From: Patescibacteria group bacterium
Lineage (GTDB): Bacteria; Patescibacteriota; Microgenomatia; UBA8517
Reading direction: 5' to 3'
DNA length: 64,000 nucleotides
Assembly: GCA_025999275.1 (NCBI GenBank)
Contig: AP024680.1
Span: forward strand, 318,393 to 382,392
Shown here: positions 36,632 through 46,966 of the stretch, one piece after another
Numbering within the stretch: the first letter of the stretch is position 1
Layout of the letters: each line of letters begins with the position of its first letter
The notes under the pieces: model-generated
Databases searched by the model: none
The model's input: only the letters and a program-made list of their open reading frames with translations
What the model was told of the DNA's origin: nothing
Translations under genes and position numbers: made by a program

Positions 36632-37416
36632 CAATTCCACGCCGGGCTTGGAATAGCTTCGCAAGCCGGGTTTTTGCATTTTACTGCACTAGAAGATGCT
36701 TTATTTTTTCCAGTTTCTTCTGATATTCAGCGTGATTAAATGTAAATTCTCTAAACTTTTCGATGTTTCTGAAGTTTGATAGAACTATTTGTTTGAGGTC
36801 GCATATGTTTGATTCGTTTTCGGAGTTAAGATACTCTGCTAGCGAAGACCATGTATATTGTTCCAGTTTTTTCAGATCCTTAATTATCCCCGAAGAGTAA
36901 GGGTTAAGGTGGATATATCTTGAAAGATGTTTTATTTGTTCATCTGTTTCTACCAGAACAGATTTGAATCTGTTTTCAAATAAAGGGCCGGTTCTTTTGT
37001 GTTTAGTATTGAAGAATTTTGTGTAACTTGTTAGGAATCTGTTCATGAATGAACTTATACCATTATCTTCTTCTTGCCTAAGAATAAAATGGAAGTGATT
37101 TGGCATTAGACAGTATGCTACAAAGGAAACGGATTTGTTTTTTAGTGTGGATTTTATCTCTTCTTTTATTTGTGGTTTTAGTGATCTGAAAGAGGAGAAT
37201 TTGACTGGATAGTCTGAAAATCGGCAATAGTCAATTATGTCTATAAATCTTTGGTAATCTCTTTTATCAAGAAATATCGGAGCTCGGTTTATTCCTCTGT
37301 TGAAGATATGATATATGTGATTTGTAACAAGAGGAGTTTTTCTTATGGGCATGTTTATTTATTTTGGTATTTAAAACCCGGCTTGTCAACATATTTCCAA
37401 GCCCGGCGTGGAATTG
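36632..37416. mobile_element. REPtron-like unit: RAYT gene bounded by inverted REP repeats
   Basis: 36632-36674 and the reverse complement of 37373-37416 share CAATTCCACGCCGGGCTTGGAA...CAAGCCGGGTTTT. Confidence 0.85.
36681..37352 (-). CDS. REP-associated tyrosine transposase (RAYT, Y1 HUH)
   Basis: YHIFNRG...IF, YCLMPNHFHF (HUH), YTKFFN.KH.R.G.LF..RF, RYIHLNP, Y.WSS. Confidence 0.92.
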   Translation of the reverse strand: MPIRKTPLVTNHIYHIFNRGINRAPIFLDKRDYQRFIDIIDYCRFSDYPVKFSSFRSLKPQIKEEIKSTLKNKSVSFVAYCLMPNHFHFILRQEEDNGISSFMNRFLTSYTKFFNTKHKRTGPLFENRFKSVLVETDEQIKHLSRYIHLNPYSSGIIKDLKKLEQYTWSSLAEYLNSENESNICDLKQIVLSNFRNIEKFREFTFNHAEYQKKLEKIKHLLVQ

Positions 37417-37439
37417 ATATGTTTGGTATAATAGTCTTT

Positions 37440-38189
37440 ATGAAAGGAGTGGTTTTGGCTGGAGGGTTGGGGACCAGGCTTTACCCTCTGACTTACGCTA
37501 CCAATAAACACCTTCTCCCGGTTTATGATAAACCGATGGTTTTTTACCCAATTAATACCTTGGTAAGAGCAGGAATTAAGGAAGTTTTGGTGGTTACAGG
37601 TGGGCCTTATGCTGGTCATTTTGTTAGAGTTTTAAAAAATGGCAAGGAGTTGGGTCTGAAGCATTTGGAGTATGCATATCAGGAAGGTGAGGGTGGAATT
37701 GCAGCTGCTCTTTCTTTGTGTGAAGATTTTGCCGATGGTGATTCTTTGTGTGTTATTTTAGGTGATAATTGCACAGATGCTGACATTTCAAAACAGGTTA
37801 AAGGTTTTAAAGATGGCGCTATGGTATTTCTCAAAAAAGTTCCTGATCCAGAGCGTTTTGGAGTGCCGGTTTTTAATGAGAATAGAGAAATAATCAAAAT
37901 AGAAGAGAAACCTAAAAAGCCAAAATCAAACTTTGCTGTTACTGGGCTTTATATGTATGATTTTTCTGTCTTTTCTAAAATTAAATCTGTTAAACCTTCT
38001 GCTCGAGGAGAATTGGAAATTACAGATGTTAACAATCTTTATATAAAAGAGAAGAAACTAAGGTGGGCGATTTTAAAGGGTTATTGGCGTGATGCTGGAA
38101 CTTTTCAAACTCTTTTTGAGGCTAATAAATATTGGGCTAGGAAGGCAGCTTTTAAGGACCGAATCTTTAAAAGTAGTCGCACAATTTAA
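37440..38189 (+). CDS. rmlA: Glucose-1-phosphate thymidylyltransferase
   Basis: MKGVVLAGGLGTRLYPLT..TNKHLLPVYDKPM, EEKP, SARGELEITD; true start ATG 37440. Confidence 0.92.
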   Translation: MKGVVLAGGLGTRLYPLTYATNKHLLPVYDKPMVFYPINTLVRAGIKEVLVVTGGPYAGHFVRVLKNGKELGLKHLEYAYQEGEGGIAAALSLCEDFADGDSLCVILGDNCTDADISKQVKGFKDGAMVFLKKVPDPERFGVPVFNENREIIKIEEKPKKPKSNFAVTGLYMYDFSVFSKIKSVKPSARGELEITDVNNLYIKEKKLRWAILKGYWRDAGTFQTLFEANKYWARKAAFKDRIFKSSRTI

Positions 38190-38192
38190 TAC

Positions 38193-39206
38193 ATGAAATT
38201 ATTAGTAACAGGTGGCGCTGGATTTATAGGTAGTAATTTCATTAGCTATTGGTTGAAAAATAACCCTAAAGATAAAATTATTAATTTTGATAAATTAACT
38301 TACGCTGGCCATTTGTCTTCTACTTCCGATTTTGCTTCTAATAAGAACTATACTTTTGTTAGAGGTGATATTTGTAATTCCAAATTGGTTGATGAGGTTA
38401 CCAAAAATGTTGATATAATAGTTCATCTTGCAGCTGAAAGCCATGTTGATCGTTCTATTTTTGGCCCTGCCACTTTTATCAAAACTAATGTTTTAGGTAC
38501 ACAGACTCTTCTTGATTCAGCTCTAAAAAATAAAATTAAGCTTTTTTGCCATATATCAACGGATGAAGTTTTTGGTGCCCTTCCACTTGATAGTAGGAAG
38601 AAATTTAATGAAAAAACTCCTTATAATCCTCGTTCTCCTTATTCTGCAAGTAAAGCTGCTTCAGATCACTTAGTCCGTGCCTATTTTACGACTTATGGCT
38701 TGCCGGTTGTTATTACCAATTGTTCTAACAATTTTGGTCCTTACCAGGATCCTGAAAAATTTTTGCCAAGAATGATTACCAATTTAATTGATAATAAGCC
38801 TATTCCTATCTATGGGGATGGTAAGTATGTTCGTGATTGGCTTTATGTTCTTGACCATTGTCGTGCAATTGAGATGGTTATTAAGAAGGGTAAGGTTGGA
38901 GAAACTTATTTAATTGGTGGTTTAACAAAAGATATCAGTAATTTGGAAGTGGCAAAGATGCTTCTTAAGATCTTTAATAAAGACAATTCTTATATTCAGT
39001 TTGTAAAAGACAGGCCTGGTCATGACAGACGCTATGCAGTTGATTGGAGTAAGATTAAAAACGACCTTGGTTTCAAGCCAGAGTTTGATTTTAGTGTTTG
39101 GCTTGAAAAGACAGTTGAATGGTATAAGGCTAATGAGTGGTGGTGGCGGCCTCTTAAGAAAAAAGCGGAAAAATTTTACCAAAAAACAAACAATAACCGA
39201 AAATGA
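38193..39206 (+). CDS. rmlB: dTDP-glucose 4,6-dehydratase
   Basis: TGGAGFIGSN, AAESHVDRSI, STDEV, SPYSASKA, DRPGHDRRY. Confidence 0.96.
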   Translation: MKLLVTGGAGFIGSNFISYWLKNNPKDKIINFDKLTYAGHLSSTSDFASNKNYTFVRGDICNSKLVDEVTKNVDIIVHLAAESHVDRSIFGPATFIKTNVLGTQTLLDSALKNKIKLFCHISTDEVFGALPLDSRKKFNEKTPYNPRSPYSASKAASDHLVRAYFTTYGLPVVITNCSNNFGPYQDPEKFLPRMITNLIDNKPIPIYGDGKYVRDWLYVLDHCRAIEMVIKKGKVGETYLIGGLTKDISNLEVAKMLLKIFNKDNSYIQFVKDRPGHDRRYAVDWSKIKNDLGFKPEFDFSVWLEKTVEWYKANEWWWRPLKKKAEKFYQKTNNNRK

Positions 39207-39775
39207 AGCAAATTTCCGAACATATTTACGAAACAAGTTTAAATGGTCTTTACAAAATAGAGATGCCGACTTTCAAAGACGAAAGAGGTTTCTTCCATGA
39301 AGTTTTTCGTTTAGATGAACTTAAGAAAGCAACCGGAGTTGATTTCAAACCAGTTCAATGGAATCATTCGCTTTCCAAACCAAAAGTAATAAGAGCTATT
39401 CACACGGAAGGTTGGAATAAACTTGTTTATCCGGTAACTGGCAAGATGTTTGCTGTCATTGTTGATGTTCGTGAAGAAAGTCCGACTTTTGGGAAATATG
39501 AAGAGTTTGTGTTTGATAATACTTCTTATGATTCTTCTCATTTTGCTCTATTTATATCCAAGGGGTTGGGCAATTCTATTTGTGCTTTTGGCAGCCAACC
39601 TGTTAATTACATGTATTTGGTTGATGAGTATTGGGATAATAGCAAGGCGCAAGGTATAGCTTGGGACGATCCTGATATTGGTATTAAATGGCCTGTTGAA
39701 GATCCTATTATTTCGGAAAGAGACAAAAATAATCCTCGTTTGAGTGATCTTTTTCCTCATAAATATGGCAAGTAA
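39203..39775 (+). CDS. rmlC: dTDP-4-dehydrorhamnose 3,5-epimerase
   Basis: FKDERGFFHE, VDVREESPTFG, WDDPDIGIKWP...ISERD. Confidence 0.93.
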   Translation: MKQISEHIYETSLNGLYKIEMPTFKDERGFFHEVFRLDELKKATGVDFKPVQWNHSLSKPKVIRAIHTEGWNKLVYPVTGKMFAVIVDVREESPTFGKYEEFVFDNTSYDSSHFALFISKGLGNSICAFGSQPVNYMYLVDEYWDNSKAQGIAWDDPDIGIKWPVEDPIISERDKNNPRLSDLFPHKYGK

Positions 39776-40673
39776 AGTGTATGTTACTGGTTCTTCTGGT
39801 TTGGTAGGTTCTAGGTTTGTTGAGTTATACTCACAAAAATACAAACTGTTAACTCCAGAGATTGATAGGCTTAATATTTTAGATTTTAACTCTCTTAAAG
39901 AATTCATTTCTGTTAGAAAACCTAATGCTGTTGTTCACTTTGCTGCTTTTACTGATGTTTCTGCAGCTGAGAATCAGAGAGGAGATGAAAATGGCGACTG
40001 TTTTGGGATCAATGTCTTGGGAACAGAGAATTTGGTCAAACTTTGTGAAGAAAATAAGATTTTTATGATTCACATTTCAACAGACATGGTTTTTCCGGGC
40101 AGCGAGGAATATAAAGGGCCATATGATGAGGACGACAAGCCTGAAAATACTCCTGATAAATTAACATGGTATGGCTTTACCAAAAGCGAGGCTGAAAGAA
40201 GACTTTTGTCAATATTGCCTAACAATTCTGCCATCTTAAGAATCATTTATCCTGTTAGAGCCAGTTTTGAAAGAAAACTTGATTATTTGAGAAAGCCGCT
40301 TTCTCTTTTTGATCAAGGCAAACTTTACCCTCTTTTTGACGATCAACAAATTTCTGTTTCTTTTATAGACGAGGTGGCTTTGGCGATCGACAAAATCCTT
40401 GAAGATAGGATTTCTGGTGTTTATCATTGTTCTTCAGTTGATACAACCACACCTTTTGAAATTGTTTCTTATCTAATAGAAAAAGCAAGGGGAAAAGGGG
40501 CAGAAGTTAGGAGGTCTTCTTTGGCTGAGTTTCTAAAAAGGGTGGGTAATTCTTTAAGGTATCCTCGCTGGGGAGGTCTGAAGGTTGAAAAAACTCAAGG
40601 AAAGCTAAATATTAAATTTAGTACTTGGCGTCAGATTGTGGATAAACTTATAGAGCAAGGTATTCGAGCTTAA
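39765..40673 (+). CDS. rmlD: dTDP-4-dehydrorhamnose reductase
   Basis: TGSSGLVG, AAFTDV..AE, HISTDMVF, YGFTK; position in the rml operon. Confidence 0.9.
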   Translation: MASKVYVTGSSGLVGSRFVELYSQKYKLLTPEIDRLNILDFNSLKEFISVRKPNAVVHFAAFTDVSAAENQRGDENGDCFGINVLGTENLVKLCEENKIFMIHISTDMVFPGSEEYKGPYDEDDKPENTPDKLTWYGFTKSEAERRLLSILPNNSAILRIIYPVRASFERKLDYLRKPLSLFDQGKLYPLFDDQQISVSFIDEVALAIDKILEDRISGVYHCSSVDTTTPFEIVSYLIEKARGKGAEVRRSSLAEFLKRVGNSLRYPRWGGLKVEKTQGKLNIKFSTWRQIVDKLIEQGIRA

Positions 40674-40685
40674 TTATGACTAACT

Positions 40686-41351
40686 TTATTTCAGTTTTCT
40701 AGACTTTTCAAGAGCCTTTTCTTTTCTCCACTTTTCGATTTCTTTGTGATTGCCTGAAAGTAATATTTCAGGTACTTTCCACCCTTTGTAATCTCTTGGT
40801 TGCGTGTATTGAGGATAATCAAGCTCGTCTCCTTTTGAAAAAGACTCATTTTCAATTACTTCCTTTTCCAAGACTCCTGGCAGAAGTCTTACAATTGAGT
40901 CAACTAAAACCATAGCTGGTATTTCTCCCCCTGTTAAAATATATTTTCCAATCGAAATCTCCTCGTCTATCAGGTGATCTATTATTCTTTGATCAACTCC
41001 TTCATAATGCCCTGCAATCAAAATAAGATGATCAATTTTAGATAAACTTTTGGCCATTTTTTGGTCAAAAACTTTTCCCTGTGGACTTAAAAGAATAATT
41101 TTTCTTTTTTTGGCTTTAGTCTTGTTTTTGATTTTCTCTAAGGCCTTGTCTATAGGTTCGACTTTTAGTATCATCCCAGGGCCGCCACCAAAAGGCCTAT
41201 CATCAGTGGTTTTGTGTTTGTCAGTTGCCCAGTCTCTTATGTTGTGAATGTTAATTTTTACTGCTTTTATATCCTGTGCTTTTTTAAGCATTGATTGGCT
41301 AAATGGGCCATCAAACATACGAGGAAAAAGTGTTAGAATATCAATTATCAT
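40686..41351 (-). CDS. trmD: tRNA (guanine37-N1)-methyltransferase
   Basis: [47 protein letters not shown]. Confidence 0.97.
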   Translation of the reverse strand: MIIDILTLFPRMFDGPFSQSMLKKAQDIKAVKINIHNIRDWATDKHKTTDDRPFGGGPGMILKVEPIDKALEKIKNKTKAKKRKIILLSPQGKVFDQKMAKSLSKIDHLILIAGHYEGVDQRIIDHLIDEEISIGKYILTGGEIPAMVLVDSIVRLLPGVLEKEVIENESFSKGDELDYPQYTQPRDYKGWKVPEILLSGNHKEIEKWRKEKALEKSRKLK

Positions 41352-41391
41352 ACCCTTATTTTATATTTTTTGAGCTCTAAAAGCCATTTTT

Positions 41392-42939
41392 ATGAAATAT
41401 AAGAATTTTAATAACTTTATTTTTATTTTTCTTATTTTTATTTTTTTATTTTTACTCCGTTTTAATTCTTTTGAGATGCCTTTTGAAAGAGATGAAGGGG
41501 AGTATGCTTATTCGGCTTGGATTTTAAGGCAAGGAATTATGCCATATGAGAATTCTTTTTTGCAAAAGCCACCAATGATAATTTATACCTATTTATTGGG
41601 ACAAATTTTTTTTGGAGATTCAATCTGGCCGCCGCGTTTCTTGGCTTTTATTTCAGTTTTTTTAACAGCACTTGTTATTTATTTTGTGGTTAGAAAAAAT
41701 TATAGTCAGAAAGTTGCTTGGACAAGTGCTTTTTTGACCTCTCTTACTTTGAGTTTTCCTCATTTTACAGCACTTGCTGCCAACACCGAGATATTTATGA
41801 TTTTATTTTTGGTTGTTTCTTTTGCTCTTTATTTTTATTATCAAGAAAAGGCTTCTTTTTGGGTTTGGTTTCTGTCAGGGGTTTTTTCATCTATTTCAGT
41901 TTTTTATAAGCCAATTGCTGTTTTTCCTTTTTTATTTTTGTATTCTTTTTGGATTTATAGATTATTAAAACAAAAAATTTCTTTTACTACTATTTTTATT
42001 AATATTTTTGCTGCTTCTTTTAGCTTTTTGTTTACTTCGTTATTAATTCTCTTGCCATTTTTGATTTCTGGGAAAATTAATTTTTTGGTTGAAAGTGTTT
42101 GGCAGTTTAATTTATCTTACAGCCAGGTTTGGAAAAGTTATGGACTGTCGGGTTTTTATTTGCAAATGGGCAAATTAATTCGCGTTTGGTGGATTTTAAT
42201 TCTATTATTTTTGTTTTTTCTTTTTTCAAAAAGCAAAGATAAGAATCTTATTTTAGGTCTTATTATTAGCTCTATTTTTTCAACCTTTAGGACTACGATA
42301 GGCCATTATTACCTTACTTTTATGCCATTTTTATCTATCGCTGCCGCTTTGGGTTTGTCGGAGTTGTATTCTCTTTTATCTAAGAAATTTAGGGTTAATT
42401 TTGTATATATTTTTTTAATTGTTTTATTTTTAATGCTTTATCCTTTAAGAGTTCAGTTTGGATTGAAACCAGAAGGATTAAGTCTTTGGATATATGGTTT
42501 TGAAAATCCATTTAATGAATCAAAGTTAATGTCAGAGAAAATAGTGGAAAACAGTTTACCTAGTGATTACATTTTTGTTGTTGGAAGTGAGCCGCAAATT
42601 TATTTTTACAGCCAAAGGAGATCGCCAACTAGGTTTGTTATAACCTATCCTTTAAATATTTATTCTCCCAAGAGGGAAGAGTATCAGTCTGAGGTGGTGG
42701 AAAATTTAAAAAATTTGAGGCCAAAATTTATAGTTTATTCAAATAAAGAGGCTAGTGGTGTTTGGGAAAAGGATTCTCCAAGAATCTTTATTGATTATAT
42801 TAATAATCTTATTTCTAAAGATTATTATTTGATTGGTGGATCTGTTTGGGGTAGGAATAAAGTAATTTGGCAAGATAAGTTGACAGACGAAGAAAAGAAA
42901 GAATCAAGTTTGCTATTATACAAATTGAGAAATGAATAA
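41392..42939 (+). CDS. GT-C fold glycosyltransferase (PMT_2-like)
   Basis: ERDEGEYAY, QKPP, ANTE, many TM helices. Confidence 0.8.
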   Translation: MKYKNFNNFIFIFLIFIFLFLLRFNSFEMPFERDEGEYAYSAWILRQGIMPYENSFLQKPPMIIYTYLLGQIFFGDSIWPPRFLAFISVFLTALVIYFVVRKNYSQKVAWTSAFLTSLTLSFPHFTALAANTEIFMILFLVVSFALYFYYQEKASFWVWFLSGVFSSISVFYKPIAVFPFLFLYSFWIYRLLKQKISFTTIFINIFAASFSFLFTSLLILLPFLISGKINFLVESVWQFNLSYSQVWKSYGLSGFYLQMGKLIRVWWILILLFLFFLFSKSKDKNLILGLIISSIFSTFRTTIGHYYLTFMPFLSIAAALGLSELYSLLSKKFRVNFVYIFLIVLFLMLYPLRVQFGLKPEGLSLWIYGFENPFNESKLMSEKIVENSLPSDYIFVVGSEPQIYFYSQRRSPTRFVITYPLNIYSPKREEYQSEVVENLKNLRPKFIVYSNKEASGVWEKDSPRIFIDYINNLISKDYYLIGGSVWGRNKVIWQDKLTDEEKKESSLLLYKLRNE

Positions 42940-44578
42940 GAATTTGAGTTTTTCTAAAATCTTTTTAGATGGTAAAAGGCCATTTCTTTGGATTTTTGGT
43001 TTTGGTTTTGTTCTTTATTTGAGAGGGCTTTTTTTTGGTTTTAGTTATTTTGATGACAATGTTTTAATTTTAGAAAATTTGTTTTTTTTGAGGGATTTAT
43101 CTAACTTGCCAAGGGCTTTTACCACCGAGGTCTTTCATATTCTTCACTCTTCAGCTGCTTATTATCGTCCGCTTTTGACTATTTCCTATATGTTTGATGC
43201 GGTTGTTTCAGGTGAGAATCCTTTTGTTTATCACTTGACTAGCATTCTTATTCATCTTTTTGTTTCAATTTTTGTTTTTATTTTCTTTGAAAAGTTAAAA
43301 ATAAAAAGATCTGTAGCTTTTTTGTTGAGTTTTATTTTTCTAGTTCATCCGGTTTTGGCGCAAGCTGTAGTTTGGATTCCTGGTAGAAATGATTCGTTGC
43401 TAGCTTTTTTTGTTTTGCCGACTTTTATTTTCTTAATCAATTTTCTTGAGAATAAAAAATTAAGAGATCTCTGGCTTTCGATTTTGTTTTTTGGGTTTTC
43501 TTTGTTTACTAAAGAATCTTCTGTTTTTATTCCATTTTTAATTTTGTTTTTTGGGTTTTCTTTGTCTGAGAATAAAAAACTATTTATTAAGACTTTGCCA
43601 GTCCTATTTTTTGGCTGGGGGGTTATCTTTTTACTTTGGTTTTATCTAAGAAGCATTGCTCTTTCTTCTAGTCCTGTTCCATATACATTTTTTGGTTCAA
43701 TTAAAAGCATTTTAAATAATATGTCTGCTGTTTTTCTTTATTTGGGTAAAGTTATTTTGCCTTTTAATCTTTCTGTTTTGCCCACTCTTCAAGACTCAAT
43801 TTTGTGGTATGGCTTTATCTCTGTGTTTTTAATTATTTTCTTTTTTGTTGTTTCTAAAAACAAAAATTATTGGATAATTGCCTTTGGAATTGCTTGGTTT
43901 TTAGTTTTTCTTCTGCCTTCTTTTATTAGGCCCACTTCTTATGTTTCTGATTTCTTAGAACATAGAATATATCTGCCTTTGGTGGGTTTGTTTTTGATTT
44001 TTAGTCAGTTTAGTTTTGTTAAGAATTTTGACTTTGAAAAGAAATCAAACTTATATTTGTTTTTTTTGATTGTGTTTTTTTTCTCGACAATTACTTTTTT
44101 GCATATTGGGAAGTTTAAAGATAGAGTTACTTTTTGGTCGTTTGCGGTTAAGACTACTCCACACCACCCCCTTGCTCATAAGAATTTAGGGGCTATGTAT
44201 TATCTTGAAGGGAATTATGACTTAGCCAAAAACGAGTTTATCAAAGCTGCTGAGCTTAATTTCCAGGAGCCGATGATTCACAATAATTTGGGGCTAATTT
44301 ATATGAGAGAGGGAAAATTTGATAAAGCTGAGGATGAATTCAATTTGGAGCTTAAAGTAAACCCTAATTATGATAATGCACTTTTTAATTTGGGTCTTTT
44401 GTATTGGAATCAGGATAAAAAAGACAAAGCGGCAGAGATGTGGATTAAGACAATCTCTGTTAATCCTGATCATAAAGATGCGCTAAAAGGTCTGGCTGTT
44501 TATTATAGCGAGATTAAAGATTCGACTAAGGCAAATTATTTCTATCAGGAGGCTTTAAAAAGGGGAGTTAGATTCTAG
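42932..44578 (+). CDS. TMTC-like (GT-C + TPR) putative protein O-mannosyltransferase
   Basis: YFDD, YYRPL, HPVLAQAV.WI.GR.D, KES, EHRIYLP and C-terminal TPRs. Confidence 0.85.
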   Translation: MNKNLSFSKIFLDGKRPFLWIFGFGFVLYLRGLFFGFSYFDDNVLILENLFFLRDLSNLPRAFTTEVFHILHSSAAYYRPLLTISYMFDAVVSGENPFVYHLTSILIHLFVSIFVFIFFEKLKIKRSVAFLLSFIFLVHPVLAQAVVWIPGRNDSLLAFFVLPTFIFLINFLENKKLRDLWLSILFFGFSLFTKESSVFIPFLILFFGFSLSENKKLFIKTLPVLFFGWGVIFLLWFYLRSIALSSSPVPYTFFGSIKSILNNMSAVFLYLGKVILPFNLSVLPTLQDSILWYGFISVFLIIFFFVVSKNKNYWIIAFGIAWFLVFLLPSFIRPTSYVSDFLEHRIYLPLVGLFLIFSQFSFVKNFDFEKKSNLYLFFLIVFFFSTITFLHIGKFKDRVTFWSFAVKTTPHHPLAHKNLGAMYYLEGNYDLAKNEFIKAAELNFQEPMIHNNLGLIYMREGKFDKAEDEFNLELKVNPNYDNALFNLGLLYWNQDKKDKAAEMWIKTISVNPDHKDALKGLAVYYSEIKDSTKANYFYQEALKRGVRF

Positions 44579-44582
44579 TTTT

Positions 44583-46220
44583 ATGATTTCTCAAAGATTA
44601 ATTTTTATTTTAAGATTTTCTTTTTTCTTTCTAGTTTTTGTTTTTGGTTTGTTTGTTTTCAAAAATGTAAAGTACGGTGTCTTGTGGAATGATGAAGCAG
44701 AAACAGTGATGTATGCAAAAAGCATAATTAAGTATGGATACCCCAAGGTTCATTACGGCAAGAATATACTCAATGTTTCTGAAACAAAAGATCCTAATAT
44801 AGGTGTCAAAAATACAAACGATGCCTGGATTTATATTTCTTCTTGGGGTTCTTATTATTTTGCAGTACCTTTTGTAAAGATAGCTGATAGATTTTATGAT
44901 ATTTATGTTAAGACAGGAATTCTAAGAGCAGCCTTTGCCTTTTTTGGTTTTTTGGGAGTCCTTATCTTTGGCTATACCGGTTCTTTGTTTTTTCAGGATA
45001 AGTTAAGGAAGCTTTTGTTTATTAACATCTTTTTAATTCTGGAAATTTTATCTACACCTTTGCTTTTACATATTCGCCAAGTGAGACATTACCCAATAAC
45101 CATCTTTTTGGTATCTCTAATTTTCCTTTTGTTGGTTAGAAAAAATGTTTTTAGTGAAAAAATAAACGGTTTTATTTATCAGACATCTCTGTTTTTATTA
45201 TTATTTTTATTGATGAATGTTTATTTTCCTGCCTTTATTTCTATTTTTATATTTATTACTTTTTTTTATTTTTTAAAATTCGTTGTCTCGCCAGTAAAGA
45301 TTAATGTTGTTAAAGAGAATGTTTTTATTGTTTTAAATACTATAATTTTGGTTCCCTATTTTTCTTTCTTTGAGTTTTTTAAAATATCAAGCATTATCTC
45401 TTCTGAATTTGGTTATAATTTTTCCAGGTTTATTTTTAATTTTAAGACAGCCTTTTTATTTTTTGTAAAATCTGAGTATCTTCTATTAGTCTTTTTGCTC
45501 TTTTTGATTATTTTAATTTTTATTAAGAGAGATAAAAAACTATTAGAGGATAAATTGGTAGTTGTTTCTTTGGGAATTTTTTTATACCTTTTTATTGCTT
45601 TAGTTGTTTGTTCAAGAATTCCTTATTTTTTTGAGAGATATTATATTTTCTTGCAGCCGTTTATTGTTCTTGCCTTTTTGTTTTTGTCTTTTAAAACTTA
45701 TGATTTATTTGATCAAAGAGGGACAAAAAACAGGAATTTTCTATTTTTTTATTTTTTGTTTTTGGCTTTAATCCTCAATCTCGTATTTAAGTTTGAGAAT
45801 ATAAAAGGCTTTTTATATGAGATTAATCATCCTTATCGTGGTCCAATGGATTATTTAGTTGGATACATTATTGAAAACTACAAAGAACCAAGCTCTCTTG
45901 TTATAGCAACCAATTATGAAGAATATGTACTTATGTATTATTTAGATAGTAAGGTTGTTGTTGGTTATGTTGGTAACAACCTTGATGAAGATAAAAAATC
46001 TAACCCTGATATTGTTGTGATTAGGAAAAATAGGCCTAATTTTGTTTCTGAGCTTAATGATTTTTTGAAAAAAGGAAATTATAAAGAAGTTATCTTAAAT
46101 GTTTATGATTATCAGGTTAATAATATTCCAGAAACAACTTTACCCTTAAAGCATCTTTTTAAATTACCAGAACCAAAGGATAATTCAGAAAGGCTTAGTC
46201 TTTTTGTGCGTCAAGAATGA
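44583..46220 (+). CDS. GT-C fold glycosyltransferase-like membrane protein
   Basis: LWNDEAET after TM1, RQVRHY, about 10 TM helices. Confidence 0.72.
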   Translation: MISQRLIFILRFSFFFLVFVFGLFVFKNVKYGVLWNDEAETVMYAKSIIKYGYPKVHYGKNILNVSETKDPNIGVKNTNDAWIYISSWGSYYFAVPFVKIADRFYDIYVKTGILRAAFAFFGFLGVLIFGYTGSLFFQDKLRKLLFINIFLILEILSTPLLLHIRQVRHYPITIFLVSLIFLLLVRKNVFSEKINGFIYQTSLFLLLFLLMNVYFPAFISIFIFITFFYFLKFVVSPVKINVVKENVFIVLNTIILVPYFSFFEFFKISSIISSEFGYNFSRFIFNFKTAFLFFVKSEYLLLVFLLFLIILIFIKRDKKLLEDKLVVVSLGIFLYLFIALVVCSRIPYFFERYYIFLQPFIVLAFLFLSFKTYDLFDQRGTKNRNFLFFYFLFLALILNLVFKFENIKGFLYEINHPYRGPMDYLVGYIIENYKEPSSLVIATNYEEYVLMYYLDSKVVVGYVGNNLDEDKKSNPDIVVIRKNRPNFVSELNDFLKKGNYKEVILNVYDYQVNNIPETTLPLKHLFKLPEPKDNSERLSLFVRQE

Positions 46221-46966
46221 GAGATAAAAAATTGTCTAAAATTTTGGTACTAATTCCTACATATAACGAATTTGACAATATTGGTGTTTTGATAGGGGAG
46301 ATTGAGAGATTAAAAATTCCAAATCTTGATATTTTGGTGGTGGATGATGGTTCAAGTGACGGTACAGATAGATTGGTTATCAAGCTTTCCAAAAAGTATA
46401 GGAACATTTTTTTGTTTGAGAGGGGTAAAAAAATGGGAATAGGTAGTGCCCATATTGATGGGATAAATTGGGCATATAGAAAGGGCTATGAGAGGCTTAT
46501 TTCTATGGATGCTGATTTAACCCATTCGCCTAAGTATTTTAAAGATTTAATTATAGCTTCTTATAAATATGATGTTGTAATAGCGTCAAGGCATCTTGCT
46601 AGAAATAGTATGATTGGTTGGTCATTTAAGAGAAAAATTATAACTTTTTTGAATCACAATTTAGTTAAATATATTCTTGGCTTAAACTACGACACATCTA
46701 ATTCTTTTAGAATTTATAGGTTAGATAAAATTCCAAGAAAAATTTTTAATCTTATTTCTTCTTCAGGTTATTCATTCTTTTTTGAAAGCCTTAAGATACT
46801 TAAATTAAATTGTTTTACAATTGGCGAAGTCCCTGTTGTTATGAGAGAGAGGCAAAAGGGGGTTTCAAAACTTTCTTTTCGTGATTTTTTTCTGCATTTT
46901 TGGTTTATGATGAGACTAATTTTTATGATTTTGTTTAGGAGAAGTTGTTTGTTGGCAAATCAATGA
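46217..46966 (+). CDS. Polyprenol monophosphomannose synthase-like GT2
   Basis: IPTYNE, VVDDGSSDGT, MDADLTH.P, R..G.SK. Confidence 0.88.
   Translation: MRDKKLSKILVLIPTYNEFDNIGVLIGEIERLKIPNLDILVVDDGSSDGTDRLVIKLSKKYRNIFLFERGKKMGIGSAHIDGINWAYRKGYERLISMDADLTHSPKYFKDLIIASYKYDVVIASRHLARNSMIGWSFKRKIITFLNHNLVKYILGLNYDTSNSFRIYRLDKIPRKIFNLISSSGYSFFFESLKILKLNCFTIGEVPVVMRERQKGVSKLSFRDFFLHFWFMMRLIFMILFRRSCLLANQ

Noticed and set aside
36681-37352. Classical IS200/IS605 element
   Set aside because: The protein is longer, with RAYT-type C-terminal motifs (YIHLNP, YxWSS); there is no tnpB, and the ends are inverted REP-like copies.
37251-37439. 63-aa N-terminal extension of rmlA
   Set aside because: It overlaps the RAYT gene and REP; the family-typical start is MKGVVLAGG at 37440.
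41392-46220. Poly-T tracts as phase-variation switches in GT-C genes
   Set aside because: The tracts are short, expected in Phe/Leu-rich AT-rich membrane genes, and all frames are intact.
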